Source: a virus
Lineage: Duplodnaviria; Caudoviricetes
Virus record (IMG/VR): IMGVR_UViG_3300009149_008416
Coordinates: 1-55,095 of that record
DNA: 55,095 nucleotides
Reading direction: 5' to 3' (one strand)
Part shown: positions 9,290-19,202 of the stretch, piece after piece
How the letters are laid out: every line of letters begins with the position of its first letter
How positions within the stretch are numbered: position 1 is the stretch's first letter
Position numbers and translations under genes: made by a program
The notes under the pieces: model-generated
The model's database searches: none
Seen by the model: the letters and a program-made list of their open reading frames with translations, nothing else
What the model was told of the DNA's origin: nothing

Positions 9290-9715
9290 ATGAAGACTCT
9301 TATTGTAGATGATAATATTAATGTTATTGAATGTTATAAAAGACATATTAATCAAAATTACAATTATTTAGTTGATTTTGTTGCAAATCCTTTTGACGCC
9401 ATTTCACTAATAAAAAATAACTACTATACAAGAATTGTTACAGAAATATTTTTTAAAAATTGTACAACAAATGGCTTAGAAATAATTAAAATAGCAAAAA
9501 AACAAGACATTAAAGAAAGAATAATACTGACATCAATAAGCCATCCAATAATAATAAAAAATACTGGAGCAATTCTATTATTAAGAAAACCAATAACAAA
9601 AAATAAAATTATAAGTCTTATATCAGAGGAAATGAATGATTTTTTAAAAATATTTGAAAATAAAGAAATTTCTAAAACAGAAAATTTTTCATTATTTCAT
9701 TCGATAACTATGTAA
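9290..9715 (+). CDS. Stand-alone response-regulator receiver-like protein (phosphoacceptor Asp replaced by Glu)
   Basis: MKTLIVDD, RIVTEIFF at the usual D position, NGLEII, IILTS, LLRKP. Confidence 0.7.
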   Translation: MKTLIVDDNINVIECYKRHINQNYNYLVDFVANPFDAISLIKNNYYTRIVTEIFFKNCTTNGLEIIKIAKKQDIKERIILTSISHPIIIKNTGAILLLRKPITKNKIISLISEEMNDFLKIFENKEISKTENFSLFHSITM

Positions 9716-10688
9716 TATCTTTAAGATCATTGGATGTTATATATTTTCTAGTTAAAACCTTATTATATTTTGTAGCAACTGTAGCCACACATATTGAACT
9801 TCCATAATTAATTCCTTTTTCATAGGACGTATACACAACGACCAATTGATTCTTTTTATTAAAACAACAATTGGGATATGATGCTTTTATGGAATCATTC
9901 AATACAGTTAGTGGTTTAACTCCCATAATTCCATTTTTTTGTTCAAGCATACCGAGAGTAAGATTTTTTCTATTTTTTTCAGCATTATAAACTATTAACG
10001 GGTTGCCATTATTATCATTTAATGTCGATATTGATTCATTATGGTTTGGAATGGAACTTATTTTTGTTTCTCCAAATACGAATGTTTTTTGTGCTGTACT
10101 AAAAATTATTTCAGAAAATGGGCAGCAACATTCTTCTGGATAATAGATCAAATTCTTTTTAAAATTTCTGAAAAAAACAAAAAATTTATCATTAAATTTA
10201 ACTACTGATGGTTGAATTACAGGAAAATCATTCATGCACATATATCGCTCCATCAATTGCCCTTTTCCAAAATGAAAAATCATGCCTCTGCTTATGCTCT
10301 CATCATAACACGACAGAAGCAGAGAATCTTTATTAAAATAATATGGATTAGTTCTAGGACAACAGTAAGTACTAAGAACATATTTGTCATTTTTTTCTGA
10401 AATTAAATCTTGAACACATGTATATGTCGTTCTCCAAAGATCAAAAACATTATTATTCATTGGTCTTGTAAACATACTATAACAACAATATAAATTATTA
10501 TTATAAACCATCAAAACAGGATTGCCACTGCCTATTGGCATTTGTTTAAAAAATTTTAGTTTACTTTTCTCTTTTTTGAATATAAGAACTCTCTGCTTGA
10601 CACATTCTTGCTCGCCAGCATAAAATGCAACATAGAATTCACCCTTATAATAAGTACATGATGGACTATGTAGAGCTATTAATGACAT
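9708..10688 (-). CDS. BNR/sialidase-like beta-propeller protein
   Basis: VAFYAGEQE, GNPVL, IQPSVV, IPNHNESI, RKNLTL, ASYP resemble BNR_2 exo-sialidase-like proteins. Confidence 0.55.
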   Translation of the reverse strand: MSLIALHSPSCTYYKGEFYVAFYAGEQECVKQRVLIFKKEKSKLKFFKQMPIGSGNPVLMVYNNNLYCCYSMFTRPMNNNVFDLWRTTYTCVQDLISEKNDKYVLSTYCCPRTNPYYFNKDSLLLSCYDESISRGMIFHFGKGQLMERYMCMNDFPVIQPSVVKFNDKFFVFFRNFKKNLIYYPEECCCPFSEIIFSTAQKTFVFGETKISSIPNHNESISTLNDNNGNPLIVYNAEKNRKNLTLGMLEQKNGIMGVKPLTVLNDSIKASYPNCCFNKKNQLVVVYTSYEKGINYGSSICVATVATKYNKVLTRKYITSNDLKDIT

Positions 10689-10996
10689 TATAGTGTTATT
10701 CCAGTTTCATTATTTATTAAATCTTCAAATTCTTCAGCCTCTTCAATTCTTAATTTTCTTGCATTATCTTCATAATTTCCTGATTCTGCTTCTCCAATAT
10801 ATTCATTTATAGCATCGAGAGTATTATAAATTTCTGTTTCTTCAAGAAAAATAACCATATCTGATTCCTGTGATAAACATGTTTTTTCTATTCTTTCTAT
10901 TAAATTTTTATATACAGGATCATATGATCTGCCATCAACAAAATTAAGCATAGAAATAAAAAAATCATATTCTGCTTGTCTTAGAACAATTTTCAT
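10688..10996 (-). CDS. Hypothetical acidic protein
   Basis: AAGGAG RBS; stop overlaps the next start. Confidence 0.7.
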   Translation of the reverse strand: MKIVLRQAEYDFFISMLNFVDGRSYDPVYKNLIERIEKTCLSQESDMVIFLEETEIYNTLDAINEYIGEAESGNYEDNARKLRIEEAEEFEDLINNETGITL

Positions 10997-11038
10997 TTTG
11001 AAACTCCTTTAATTTTTGTATTAACAATTTTATTATAC

Positions 11039-11617
11039 CTAAATTTTAATAATTCCAGTCCCATTACCATTATCAAGTATTACTTTTTTCTTTCCATTAG
11101 AAATTTTTTCAAAATATTTAATACTATGTTCACTTTTTTTCAGATTATGATAATAAATATCAATATTTTCAGAAAAATAAAAATCATAAGTATCAAAAAT
11201 GGAATCCATATATTCGTCATTTACCATATATTCAATGACAAAAAGTCCAATCTCATCTTCAAGAAACAATTTTCTTGCTACTTTTAAAATGTCATTAGCA
11301 AACGCATCTCCTTGAAAATGTTCTACAAAGCCATCATTTCTTTCTGATAGGGCGGAGAATATTCTCTTTTTTTCGTAAAACTCTTTTTCGCCTTGTTTAA
11401 ATTTATTGAGAACGTCTATGGAAAGAATTTTTTTAGTTCTGTCTTTAAGTTCTGAGGTAATGCCAAAAAGTAGGCTATAGTTTCCATTTCCTATTTCTAG
11501 GATGTTTATTTTATTTTGATATTTTAAATACATAAGTGAATATATAAATTCCCATTTATTTCCATGGAATTCAATATCTTGCAATCTATATTTATCAATA
11601 TTTATTGTGTTTTTCAT
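11039..11617 (-). CDS. Putative class I SAM-dependent methyltransferase-like protein (degenerate)
   Basis: INILEIGNG, ILSIDV, HFQGDA pattern. Start at 11617 is uncertain. Confidence 0.45.
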   Translation of the reverse strand: MKNTINIDKYRLQDIEFHGNKWEFIYSLMYLKYQNKINILEIGNGNYSLLFGITSELKDRTKKILSIDVLNKFKQGEKEFYEKKRIFSALSERNDGFVEHFQGDAFANDILKVARKLFLEDEIGLFVIEYMVNDEYMDSIFDTYDFYFSENIDIYYHNLKKSEHSIKYFEKISNGKKKVILDNGNGTGIIKI

Positions 11618-11712
11618 GCCTTTATTATACGTTGCGCATATGATAAAAATCATTTTATGCTTAAATAAAGGAAATTCTTTATTATTTTCAAATATTTAAT
11701 TAGGAGACAAAT

Positions 11713-11970
11713 ATGAGTGAACTTGTTGATAAAATTTTTTCTATATGTAAAAACCACAAAAACATGCTTAATGATGAAAATGAAATTGCCATAAAAGCAA
11801 TGATAAATACTGTTGTTAGTAAAAAAGAACACGAGCCGACAAAAGAAGACATCATGAAAGTTTTTCTTGGCCATGTAAATTTGTCAGAAGTATCAGCAAA
11901 AAACATTGATTGTATTGTTGAAAATATTAGAGCAATGATTTCTAAATGGGAAAAATATAAAAATTCATGA
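11713..11970 (+). CDS. Hypothetical protein, first gene of the terminase operon
   Basis: AGGAG RBS; ATGA overlap with the next gene. Confidence 0.75.
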   Translation: MSELVDKIFSICKNHKNMLNDENEIAIKAMINTVVSKKEHEPTKEDIMKVFLGHVNLSEVSAKNIDCIVENIRAMISKWEKYKNS

Positions 11971-12542
11971 ATCTTTTGGATGGACATATTATATATCCAA
12001 AGCTTACGGTGGCTGAATTTATGACAGAGACAGCCACGTGGTCAATTGGACTTCATGGAGTTATTTGTGATGATGCTGGTAGCGCTCACGATGATTTGGC
12101 CGTCAATCTCATAAATTATAACGCGCTATTAAGTAGAGATCTTTCTGTTTATGATTATGATTCTGATGAAATGATATATTATAGGACAGAACGAGAGCGT
12201 TTTTTATTTCATTTTGATCGTATACATAGAATACAATGGAGATATAGGGCCGTTCTTCATGGTCTTAGTGCCTATCCTGCAATTAATTCTCAAGATGCAC
12301 TTAATGCTAGTTATTTAAAAATAAAACATTTAGCTGATTCTTCGTATGCAGTTTTATTTCTAACTTTGCCTTCTTATATTAACGGTGTTGACAAAATTTG
12401 TTCACAAATTGTAATAGATTACACATATTCGAGTGGAAAACATGGCGCAGAACGCAGCATAAAGAATTATGATATGAAAAGGACTTCTAACGTATATTAT
12501 GTATATGACCAAGAAGAAAATTTTTTCTATAGATTGTCATAA
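11967..12542 (+). CDS. Hypothetical protein
   Basis: 191 aa ORF, translationally coupled. Confidence 0.75.
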   Translation: MNLLDGHIIYPKLTVAEFMTETATWSIGLHGVICDDAGSAHDDLAVNLINYNALLSRDLSVYDYDSDEMIYYRTERERFLFHFDRIHRIQWRYRAVLHGLSAYPAINSQDALNASYLKIKHLADSSYAVLFLTLPSYINGVDKICSQIVIDYTYSSGKHGAERSIKNYDMKRTSNVYYVYDQEENFFYRLS

Positions 12543-12552
12543 GGAGATAAAA

Positions 12553-12744
12553 ATGTCAGAAGGACTAGATGTTAAACATATTCAAACGAGATCTTATAGA
12601 TTTTCTGGTTATAAATTAAAAAGAGATGAAAACAATAATATTATAGTTAGCGATCATAGAATTTATCAGCCTGAATATTGGAAAACTAGGGCAATATCAC
12701 TTCCTGAAGGAACTCAGCCTTATGAATCGATTGGGAGTAAATAA
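12553..12744 (+). CDS. Small hypothetical protein
   Basis: AAGGAG before ATG 12553; TAATG overlap with terL. Confidence 0.7.
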   Translation: MSEGLDVKHIQTRSYRFSGYKLKRDENNNIIVSDHRIYQPEYWKTRAISLPEGTQPYESIGSK

Positions 12745-14585
12745 TGGCAAAGCAACAATCAAAAGAGAATGTTTTTGATTTTACAGACTTTGAAAGTGTA
12801 ATCAATAGAATTAAAGAAGAAACTGGAGTAAAAGGCGCTGATTCTTCTGGGAAAAAACAAAAAGTCGTAGATATAATTACCTTTTGTGAAGATGATAATT
12901 ATCTTGGTTTTCTTAGTACGCAGCCTCCAATTATTTTAACATTGGTACAAAGAATTATTCTTAAATGTTTTTACGCAGGAAGTGAAGCAAATGAAAATTT
13001 ACATCTATCAAAATCTGAAGAAGAATGGTTAGAAAATTGGGCCGAAAATAAAGATAAACAAAAGCAAGATATTATTCGAAATGTATTACAGAAGCACCAT
13101 GATAAAATAAGAATATATGAACTAATTTTGGTGCTTGGTAGGAGAAGTGGCAAGACGCTATTAGCCTCTATTATAGCAACTTATGAAGCCTATAAATGTC
13201 TTGAATTATACAATCCTCAAGAATATTACGGATTAGCGCCTAATAACCCTATTTTTATACTCAATATAGCAACAGCAGCTCCTCAGGCCAAACATCTATA
13301 CAATGAGATACGTTCAAGAATTAGAAATGGACATTATTTTAGGGACAAACTTAATCAAGAATCAAGTAGTGAAGAATATACATATTTATTAACACAATAC
13401 GATAAAGATACTAATGAAAGTCTAATTAAACGCGGTCGTCACAAAGAACTTATTAAAGGAAGCATTATTATTCAATGTGGACATAGTAACTCGAATTCTT
13501 TGATGGGTAGTGGTATTATTTGTTTAATTTTTGACGAGTTGGCATATTTTAATGAAGGAGCAGGAAAATCTGGTGGACAAAAAGTTTATGGAGACCTAAT
13601 TCCTGCTACAAAGGCTTTTAGACATCCAGACGGAACTCCAGCCGCAAGAGTCGTAGAAATTAGCGCCCCTGCCGGAAAATCAGGCGTTTTTTATTCTAAC
13701 TTTAAAGTTAGTTTGGAGCCAGAAGGACAGAACATGATGTCATTCCAATTTCCGACATGGGAATGTAGTCCCAACATTAAATGTAAAGAAGATTTATCAG
13801 CAGAATTCAAAAAAAATGAAGCAGAAGCTATGATAAGATATGGTGCTGAGTTTAGTGCTACAATGGCTAGTGTATTTTTCCCTCCTGAAAATATTGATGA
13901 TTGTGTTGAACATAATAGTTTTTGTAAAGAAAGAGGAACGCCATATTTTAAATATTATATGCATGTTGATCCAGCATTGACAAACCATAATTATGCGTTA
14001 GTAATATTACATCAAGAAATTTTTCTTGACAAAGAATCTCATGAAAGAAAACGAAGAATAGTAATAGATCATATAAAAAAATGGACACCTAGTCCTGGAA
14101 GAGAAATTAGAATTACTGATGTTGAAAATTACATAATAAAACTATGTTCAAAATTTAATATCGGCTCCATTACTTTTGATGATTGGAATAGCGCTAGTAC
14201 AATACAAAAGTTTAGAAAAAAAGGACTCCCTGTAAAAAGAACTCCATATAGAAGCTCATATAAACAATTAATATACGGTGAACTAAGGGATTTGGTAATT
14301 GAAAAAAGGCTTAAAATAATTCCTGACGAACTACTTATTGGTGAGTTAAAAAGTTTACAATATCGTCTTATTGGAAATGGATTTAAAGTAATGCCAGATC
14401 CAGAAAGCGAATATCCGACTGATGATTATGTTGATTGCATTGCGGGTGCAGCACATATGGCTCTATCTTCTAATCTTTTTGATTTACCAAAGACAACAGT
14501 TATTAGAACGAATGTTGGGCTAGGAGGAATGATTCCATCTTTGTTTAGCAGCAAGCCGCTTGTCGGCTATAGGAGTGACAACTAA
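12744..14585 (+). CDS. terL: Terminase large subunit
   Basis: Walker A LGRRSGKT, Walker B CLIFDELAYF, coupling motif EISAP, nuclease motifs YMHVDPA, TFDDWNS and TDDYVDCIAGA. Confidence 0.9.
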   Translation: MAKQQSKENVFDFTDFESVINRIKEETGVKGADSSGKKQKVVDIITFCEDDNYLGFLSTQPPIILTLVQRIILKCFYAGSEANENLHLSKSEEEWLENWAENKDKQKQDIIRNVLQKHHDKIRIYELILVLGRRSGKTLLASIIATYEAYKCLELYNPQEYYGLAPNNPIFILNIATAAPQAKHLYNEIRSRIRNGHYFRDKLNQESSSEEYTYLLTQYDKDTNESLIKRGRHKELIKGSIIIQCGHSNSNSLMGSGIICLIFDELAYFNEGAGKSGGQKVYGDLIPATKAFRHPDGTPAARVVEISAPAGKSGVFYSNFKVSLEPEGQNMMSFQFPTWECSPNIKCKEDLSAEFKKNEAEAMIRYGAEFSATMASVFFPPENIDDCVEHNSFCKERGTPYFKYYMHVDPALTNHNYALVILHQEIFLDKESHERKRRIVIDHIKKWTPSPGREIRITDVENYIIKLCSKFNIGSITFDDWNSASTIQKFRKKGLPVKRTPYRSSYKQLIYGELRDLVIEKRLKIIPDELLIGELKSLQYRLIGNGFKVMPDPESEYPTDDYVDCIAGAAHMALSSNLFDLPKTTVIRTNVGLGGMIPSLFSSKPLVGYRSDN

Positions 14586-14977
14586 TGAATTGGTATAAAA
14601 TTAGAAAAAGTGCAGAATCTATAGCTGATTTAGCTTATAATGAATGGAAAAATTCATCTTTTGATGCTAATGTTGGTACTATAATTCATAGAATTTATCA
14701 AATTGGAGTATCAAAAGATGCTAAACGAGATGAATTAGATGAGCGTATTGAACAGGTGGTGAAAGAACTTATCAATGAAGATGGAGAATTACAAATGTGG
14801 CATAAAGTTATAAAAGATAGAAAATATTATGGAAAAATTAAACATTCAGTTAAAAAACAATACAAAAAAAAGATAAACGAAATTGAAAAGAGTAAACGCG
14901 GGCCATTGCCTATAAATACTCCACAAACTCCATCTGCGCCTCCTGGTGGTGGAGGCGGAGGCGGTATGTTAATGTAA
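14585..14977 (+). CDS. MNWYK-leader hypothetical protein
   Basis: MNWYKIRKSA...; Pro/Gly-rich tail; coupled to terL. Confidence 0.75.
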   Translation: MNWYKIRKSAESIADLAYNEWKNSSFDANVGTIIHRIYQIGVSKDAKRDELDERIEQVVKELINEDGELQMWHKVIKDRKYYGKIKHSVKKQYKKKINEIEKSKRGPLPINTPQTPSAPPGGGGGGGMLM

Positions 14978-14979
14978 AA

Positions 14980-15007
14980 AAAGGGTTTTTTATATTTTTC
15001 TAAGAAT
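14980..15007 (+). promoter_or_regulatory. Representative AAAGG-N18/19-NAAT candidate phage promoter
   Basis: AAAGG-N19-GAAT; the same spacing recurs at 459-486(-), 894-920, 7580-7606, 8762-8788, 11667-11693, 21366-21392, 33503-33529 and 43557-43584(-). Confidence 0.55.
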
Positions 15008-15041
15008 TTGTAAAGATAAATCAAGCATAAGGAGTCATATA

Positions 15042-15572
15042 ATGGGATTCAATCTAAAAAAAGCTAAAGTAGAATATAGTCATACTGATGCTCTACTCGA
15101 TGAAAAGAGAAAGCAAAGAGGACATGAATCTCCTGACGGAGGAAATTACGAAAAGAATTTATTTAAGAATCACAAAGATAAAGATGAAACGGATTTGTGG
15201 GAAAAATCACTTAAGAAACATCATAAAGAAGAAAGTGATTCTCCTCGCACGACCGAAGCAAGGCTAGAAGATGGTGATAAAAGAGATGATCGAACGCATA
15301 AAACAAACACTCTTCCGATTAATGAGCTTGCCGAAGAGGCACAGAGAGCAAGATTAAAGGACAGGGGAGAAAAGACTACTGACGAAACTCACTTCCAACA
15401 ATATAAAAAAGAAAATCTTGATCTTAGTAAAGCAAATTTTGCAAGATTGGATGGAATCAATAGACAAATTGATAAATTGTGGATGGCTTCTTCATGGAGT
15501 AGACTTACTAGTGCTGAAAAGAAAAAGGTACGTACTCTCGTAGAAGAAAGAGACAACATTGTAAGGTCATAA
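15042..15572 (+). CDS. Charged hypothetical protein (FNL leader)
   Basis: AAGGAG RBS; starts MGFNLKKAK. Confidence 0.8.
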   Translation: MGFNLKKAKVEYSHTDALLDEKRKQRGHESPDGGNYEKNLFKNHKDKDETDLWEKSLKKHHKEESDSPRTTEARLEDGDKRDDRTHKTNTLPINELAEEAQRARLKDRGEKTTDETHFQQYKKENLDLSKANFARLDGINRQIDKLWMASSWSRLTSAEKKKVRTLVEERDNIVRS

Positions 15573-15573
15573 T

Positions 15574-16425
15574 ATGATCGTTGGAACACTGAAAAATTAT
15601 ATTCTTCAGGAAGAATCCGTCGAAGGATATAAAATTAGAGTAATGCGTCTTGATTCTTCAGATTTTGTAGAACTGGAGATTAAAAAAGATGACGCCGTTG
15701 TTGTGCGTAAAAGAATGGATAATTTAGAAAAAGCTAAACAATTTATAAAAAATTTAAAAAATAAATTTAAAAAAAATCCATCTAACAAAAAATTTAATTT
15801 AAAAAATAATAAAGAAGCAAGAATAAATAGTGACAATCCTAAAGCATTTGCACCTGGCAGTCCCAGTGAACAGCCATTTATGGGAGATGGACCAGGAGGT
15901 TTATTGAATCACATAAAAGTACTAAAAGATAAAAAGAAAAATCCATATAACAGAAGAAATAAACGAACAAGAGGCAGAGAAAAATGGGATGAAACGAGTG
16001 GTCGAGAAAAGAATGACCAATTCCAACTTTCAAGATGGGGGCCTGAAAATGGTCCTAGTAGAGATAGCGGCCCAGACAGAGATGGATTTGAACGCGCTCT
16101 TGAGAAAGAGCGTGAAGGGCATAGACCAGCTCTTCCAAAAGGAGAAGATTCGATAGATTTAATGGAAAATCCGGATAATTATAATCCTATTTATGATTCT
16201 GGTTATCCAGGAGATAGAATTACAGAACAAGATGTTAATCAAAAAACTAAACATAGAGAGATAAAACAAAGACAAAAACAATTACAAGATATTGATGAAA
16301 AAGATATGTATATGGTTGTTTATAGAGATAGTGGAGAAAAAAGAAAATTAGTTGACTTGACGTTTCAAGATGCTACTGAAAAATTAAGAAAGCATCCTGG
16401 AGCTAAAATTGTAAAACAGATATAA
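15574..16425 (+). CDS. Hypothetical protein
   Basis: 283 aa; internal KKFNLKNNKEAR. Confidence 0.8.
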   Translation: MIVGTLKNYILQEESVEGYKIRVMRLDSSDFVELEIKKDDAVVVRKRMDNLEKAKQFIKNLKNKFKKNPSNKKFNLKNNKEARINSDNPKAFAPGSPSEQPFMGDGPGGLLNHIKVLKDKKKNPYNRRNKRTRGREKWDETSGREKNDQFQLSRWGPENGPSRDSGPDRDGFERALEKEREGHRPALPKGEDSIDLMENPDNYNPIYDSGYPGDRITEQDVNQKTKHREIKQRQKQLQDIDEKDMYMVVYRDSGEKRKLVDLTFQDATEKLRKHPGAKIVKQI

Positions 16426-16436
16426 GGAGATGACAA

Positions 16437-17207
16437 ATGATTAAAATGAAATGTAAAATTGATGGTAAGAGAACTGTTGTGTTGGATTCGTGTGGTATAT
16501 CTAAAATAAAAGATGGGGATATATTTAGCATTAAAAATGAAGACGTTATTCAACCAGAAATACAATTTCTTATTTCAAAAAATATATTAACAGTAATTGA
16601 AGAAATCAAAGATCCGCTTGTCATAGAAACAAAAGATTATATTAGACCAAGCTTTGTGGTTTTTAAATGCAATCTTTCTGAAAAAAGAAAGCTAACACTA
16701 GATAGTATCAAAGGCACAGTACAAGGAGGACAGAAAATAGAGATAAAAACTGCTGACATTACCAATGAAGATATTGCATATGCAATTAGAAATAATTATA
16801 TAAAAGCCATCCAGGATACTACTGAAATCGCAGAAAAAAATGAGATTAAACCAATTATAGAAGCTAAAGTTGATTCAACTGCAACAATTTCTAAAGAAAC
16901 TGCTTCAGATATATTAAAAGAAGCAGAAAAAATTGTTGAAGATGTATCTATAGAAGAAGTAACAGAAAAAGTAGAAAAAGAAGACGTGCCTAAATTTAGA
17001 GTTAATGAAAATGTAGATAATGTTTTAAAAGAATTAGGTGAAGAAATTGTAAAATTAAATACTACAAGACCTAAAAAAACAGAATCAAACAAAGAAACAT
17101 CTACAAAAAAGACAAGCACAAGAAAGAAAACAACTAAAAGAAAAAGCACTGTGAAAAAGAACAATGTGGAAACAGCAAGTAAGGAAATAATTGATGCAAC
17201 TACTTAA
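16437..17207 (+). CDS. Hypothetical protein with two ~50-aa repeats and a K/T-rich tail
   Basis: AAGGAG RBS; repeats KCKIDGKRTVVLDS...IQFLISKNIL and KCNLSEKRKLTLDS...IAYAIRNNYI. Confidence 0.8.
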   Translation: MIKMKCKIDGKRTVVLDSCGISKIKDGDIFSIKNEDVIQPEIQFLISKNILTVIEEIKDPLVIETKDYIRPSFVVFKCNLSEKRKLTLDSIKGTVQGGQKIEIKTADITNEDIAYAIRNNYIKAIQDTTEIAEKNEIKPIIEAKVDSTATISKETASDILKEAEKIVEDVSIEEVTEKVEKEDVPKFRVNENVDNVLKELGEEIVKLNTTRPKKTESNKETSTKKTSTRKKTTKRKSTVKKNNVETASKEIIDATT

Positions 17208-17376
17208 AACAAGTAAATTACATGCAAATTCTAAGGTGGAATGGGATTCTATATCCGGCACTAAAGAAGGTAAAATTAAACAAATTATGGGAACTCATGC
17301 TAGCATAATAGATTCTTCTGGATTAATATATATTATTCCAATAAAAAGAATTAGGAAAAAAATAAATGTCCTATAA
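17194..17376 (+). CDS. Small beta-rich (SH3/KOW-like) protein
   Basis: AAGGA RBS; overlaps both neighbours; KVEW...EGKIKQI...ASII...YIIP. Confidence 0.6.
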   Translation: MQLLKTSKLHANSKVEWDSISGTKEGKIKQIMGTHASIIDSSGLIYIIPIKRIRKKINVL

Positions 17377-18367
17377 TAATCAAGAATACTCAAATGAATT
17401 TTATGAAACGCTATATGAGCTAGGTGTTTATGCGCAACCTGACCAAAAAATTGCTGTTTCCGAAAAACTGCCAAGAGGGCACGTGGAAGAACAATACATT
17501 GTTTCATTTTCATCATTTGGAGAATGTGTCTTATATTTAGAATCTGAATTAGAAAATGAAGTCTCTAATTTTATCGCAATTTGGAATTCTTTGGAAGATG
17601 AAATAGATCAATTAACATTTGAAAAACCAAATTATAATCCTACAATTCAAGACGATCTTGTTTTTTCTTTTTTAAATTCAATCATAATAATTGCACAGAA
17701 TTATGAAGATTTACAAGAAATATCGAAAAAAATGTCAATGTTAAAAAGAGATTTATTTTTTATTGATAATGCCTTTAGAGAAAGACTTGGATATTTTAGT
17801 ATATTAATTCAGTCAACAGACGCTGAAATTCTTGGAGAAAATGAAAGACTATTAATTCTTAAACATATACAGGAAACAAATCAAGATTCTAAAATAAAAA
17901 ATATGTTAAAATATGCATATTATTCTCCATGGGGAGGAATGGAAGAAGGCGTAGGCCCACGTGGAAGAAATAATCCAATGACGCCTTTTGGAGGTTATGA
18001 TTATTGGTATGATAGAGTTATGGACGGAACAGATCTTCATGATTATAGCGGTGGACATGCTACTGAAAAATTTGTTGGAAGAGATGGATATAATAAATTT
18101 AAAAAACATCCAGATTTACTCAAAAAGACACGAATAAGATTACGCACAAAGCCTCTTCGTTATTTGAGTAGAGAAAAAAGAAGAAGAATGAAGGGAAAAC
18201 AGAAGCATCAGAATAGGCACAACGTATCTCCCAGCGGTATGGTTAAAAATGAATTGGTAACAGATCCAACTCATTATTATTGGTGGGATCAGCAAAGAAA
18301 TAACCCATATTTGTGGTCAGACAGAGGCGAAAGCGGTGTGTCGCCAACATGGGAAACATATCGGTAA
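17366..18367 (+). CDS. Hypothetical protein
   Basis: 333 aa ORF in the operon; aromatic/Gly-rich C-terminal half. Confidence 0.8.
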   Translation: MSYNNQEYSNEFYETLYELGVYAQPDQKIAVSEKLPRGHVEEQYIVSFSSFGECVLYLESELENEVSNFIAIWNSLEDEIDQLTFEKPNYNPTIQDDLVFSFLNSIIIIAQNYEDLQEISKKMSMLKRDLFFIDNAFRERLGYFSILIQSTDAEILGENERLLILKHIQETNQDSKIKNMLKYAYYSPWGGMEEGVGPRGRNNPMTPFGGYDYWYDRVMDGTDLHDYSGGHATEKFVGRDGYNKFKKHPDLLKKTRIRLRTKPLRYLSREKRRRMKGKQKHQNRHNVSPSGMVKNELVTDPTHYYWWDQQRNNPYLWSDRGESGVSPTWETYR

Positions 18368-18371
18368 TATT

Positions 18372-19202
18372 ATGTCAAGTACATCAAAATTCAAACGAAT
18401 AGTAAAAGAAGTTGCATCAATAGCACTATCATATGGAATTAAAAATTCCTATGTGGTAGGAGGATATCCGCGATCAATTATTATGGGAACTACAAAAGAT
18501 GATGTACATGATTTGGATTTTGCTTCAGCATGGCCAGGAGAAGCAACCAAATTAGGGACTCTTGTGGCTTCTGAATTGGTTGGAGATCTTCCAGAAATAT
18601 ACCATCGAACAGGTACTATAAAATTCACATATGAGGATGTTGATTTAGAATTTCAAGGAACTCTTGGTTCCGTGGCCGAAACTCAACCAATTATGTCTGA
18701 ACTTATTAAATATGGCATAGCTGTTTCTCCGCTTACTCTTAATATTTATGCTAGAGATTTTACTATCAATACTTTAATTCAAGATCTTAATAATTTACAA
18801 ATTTATGATATAACTGGTTTTGGCGTTATAGATATTGAAAATGGATTAATAAGATCAGCTATTAATCCATCTGTTATGGCTAAAATTAATACATTAATAA
18901 TACTTAGAGCCATAAGATTTTCACTTAGATATAATTTTAGAATAGTAGATTCTTTAAGTGAAACTATCGATCAATATAAGCACCTTCTATTAAAAAAATA
19001 TACTCCAGAGCGACTTCAAATTGAAGTTTTAAAGATGCTTCAGGAAAATTATGAAGGAACACTGTATATGTTGAAGAAATATAGATTAGAACAAGTTTTA
19101 GAAAATAAATCATATAATATATTTGATATTTTAGATCGCATAGATATTACTACTTTTGATGGGGATCTAAAATCATTAGTAACAGGAGATTTTAAGTCAT
19201 GA
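18372..19202 (+). CDS. CCA-adding/poly(A) polymerase family nucleotidyltransferase
   Basis: YVVGGYPR, DVHDLDFA, RDFTINTL, ILRAIRF, PERLQIEVLKML. Confidence 0.88.
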   Translation: MSSTSKFKRIVKEVASIALSYGIKNSYVVGGYPRSIIMGTTKDDVHDLDFASAWPGEATKLGTLVASELVGDLPEIYHRTGTIKFTYEDVDLEFQGTLGSVAETQPIMSELIKYGIAVSPLTLNIYARDFTINTLIQDLNNLQIYDITGFGVIDIENGLIRSAINPSVMAKINTLIILRAIRFSLRYNFRIVDSLSETIDQYKHLLLKKYTPERLQIEVLKMLQENYEGTLYMLKKYRLEQVLENKSYNIFDILDRIDITTFDGDLKSLVTGDFKS

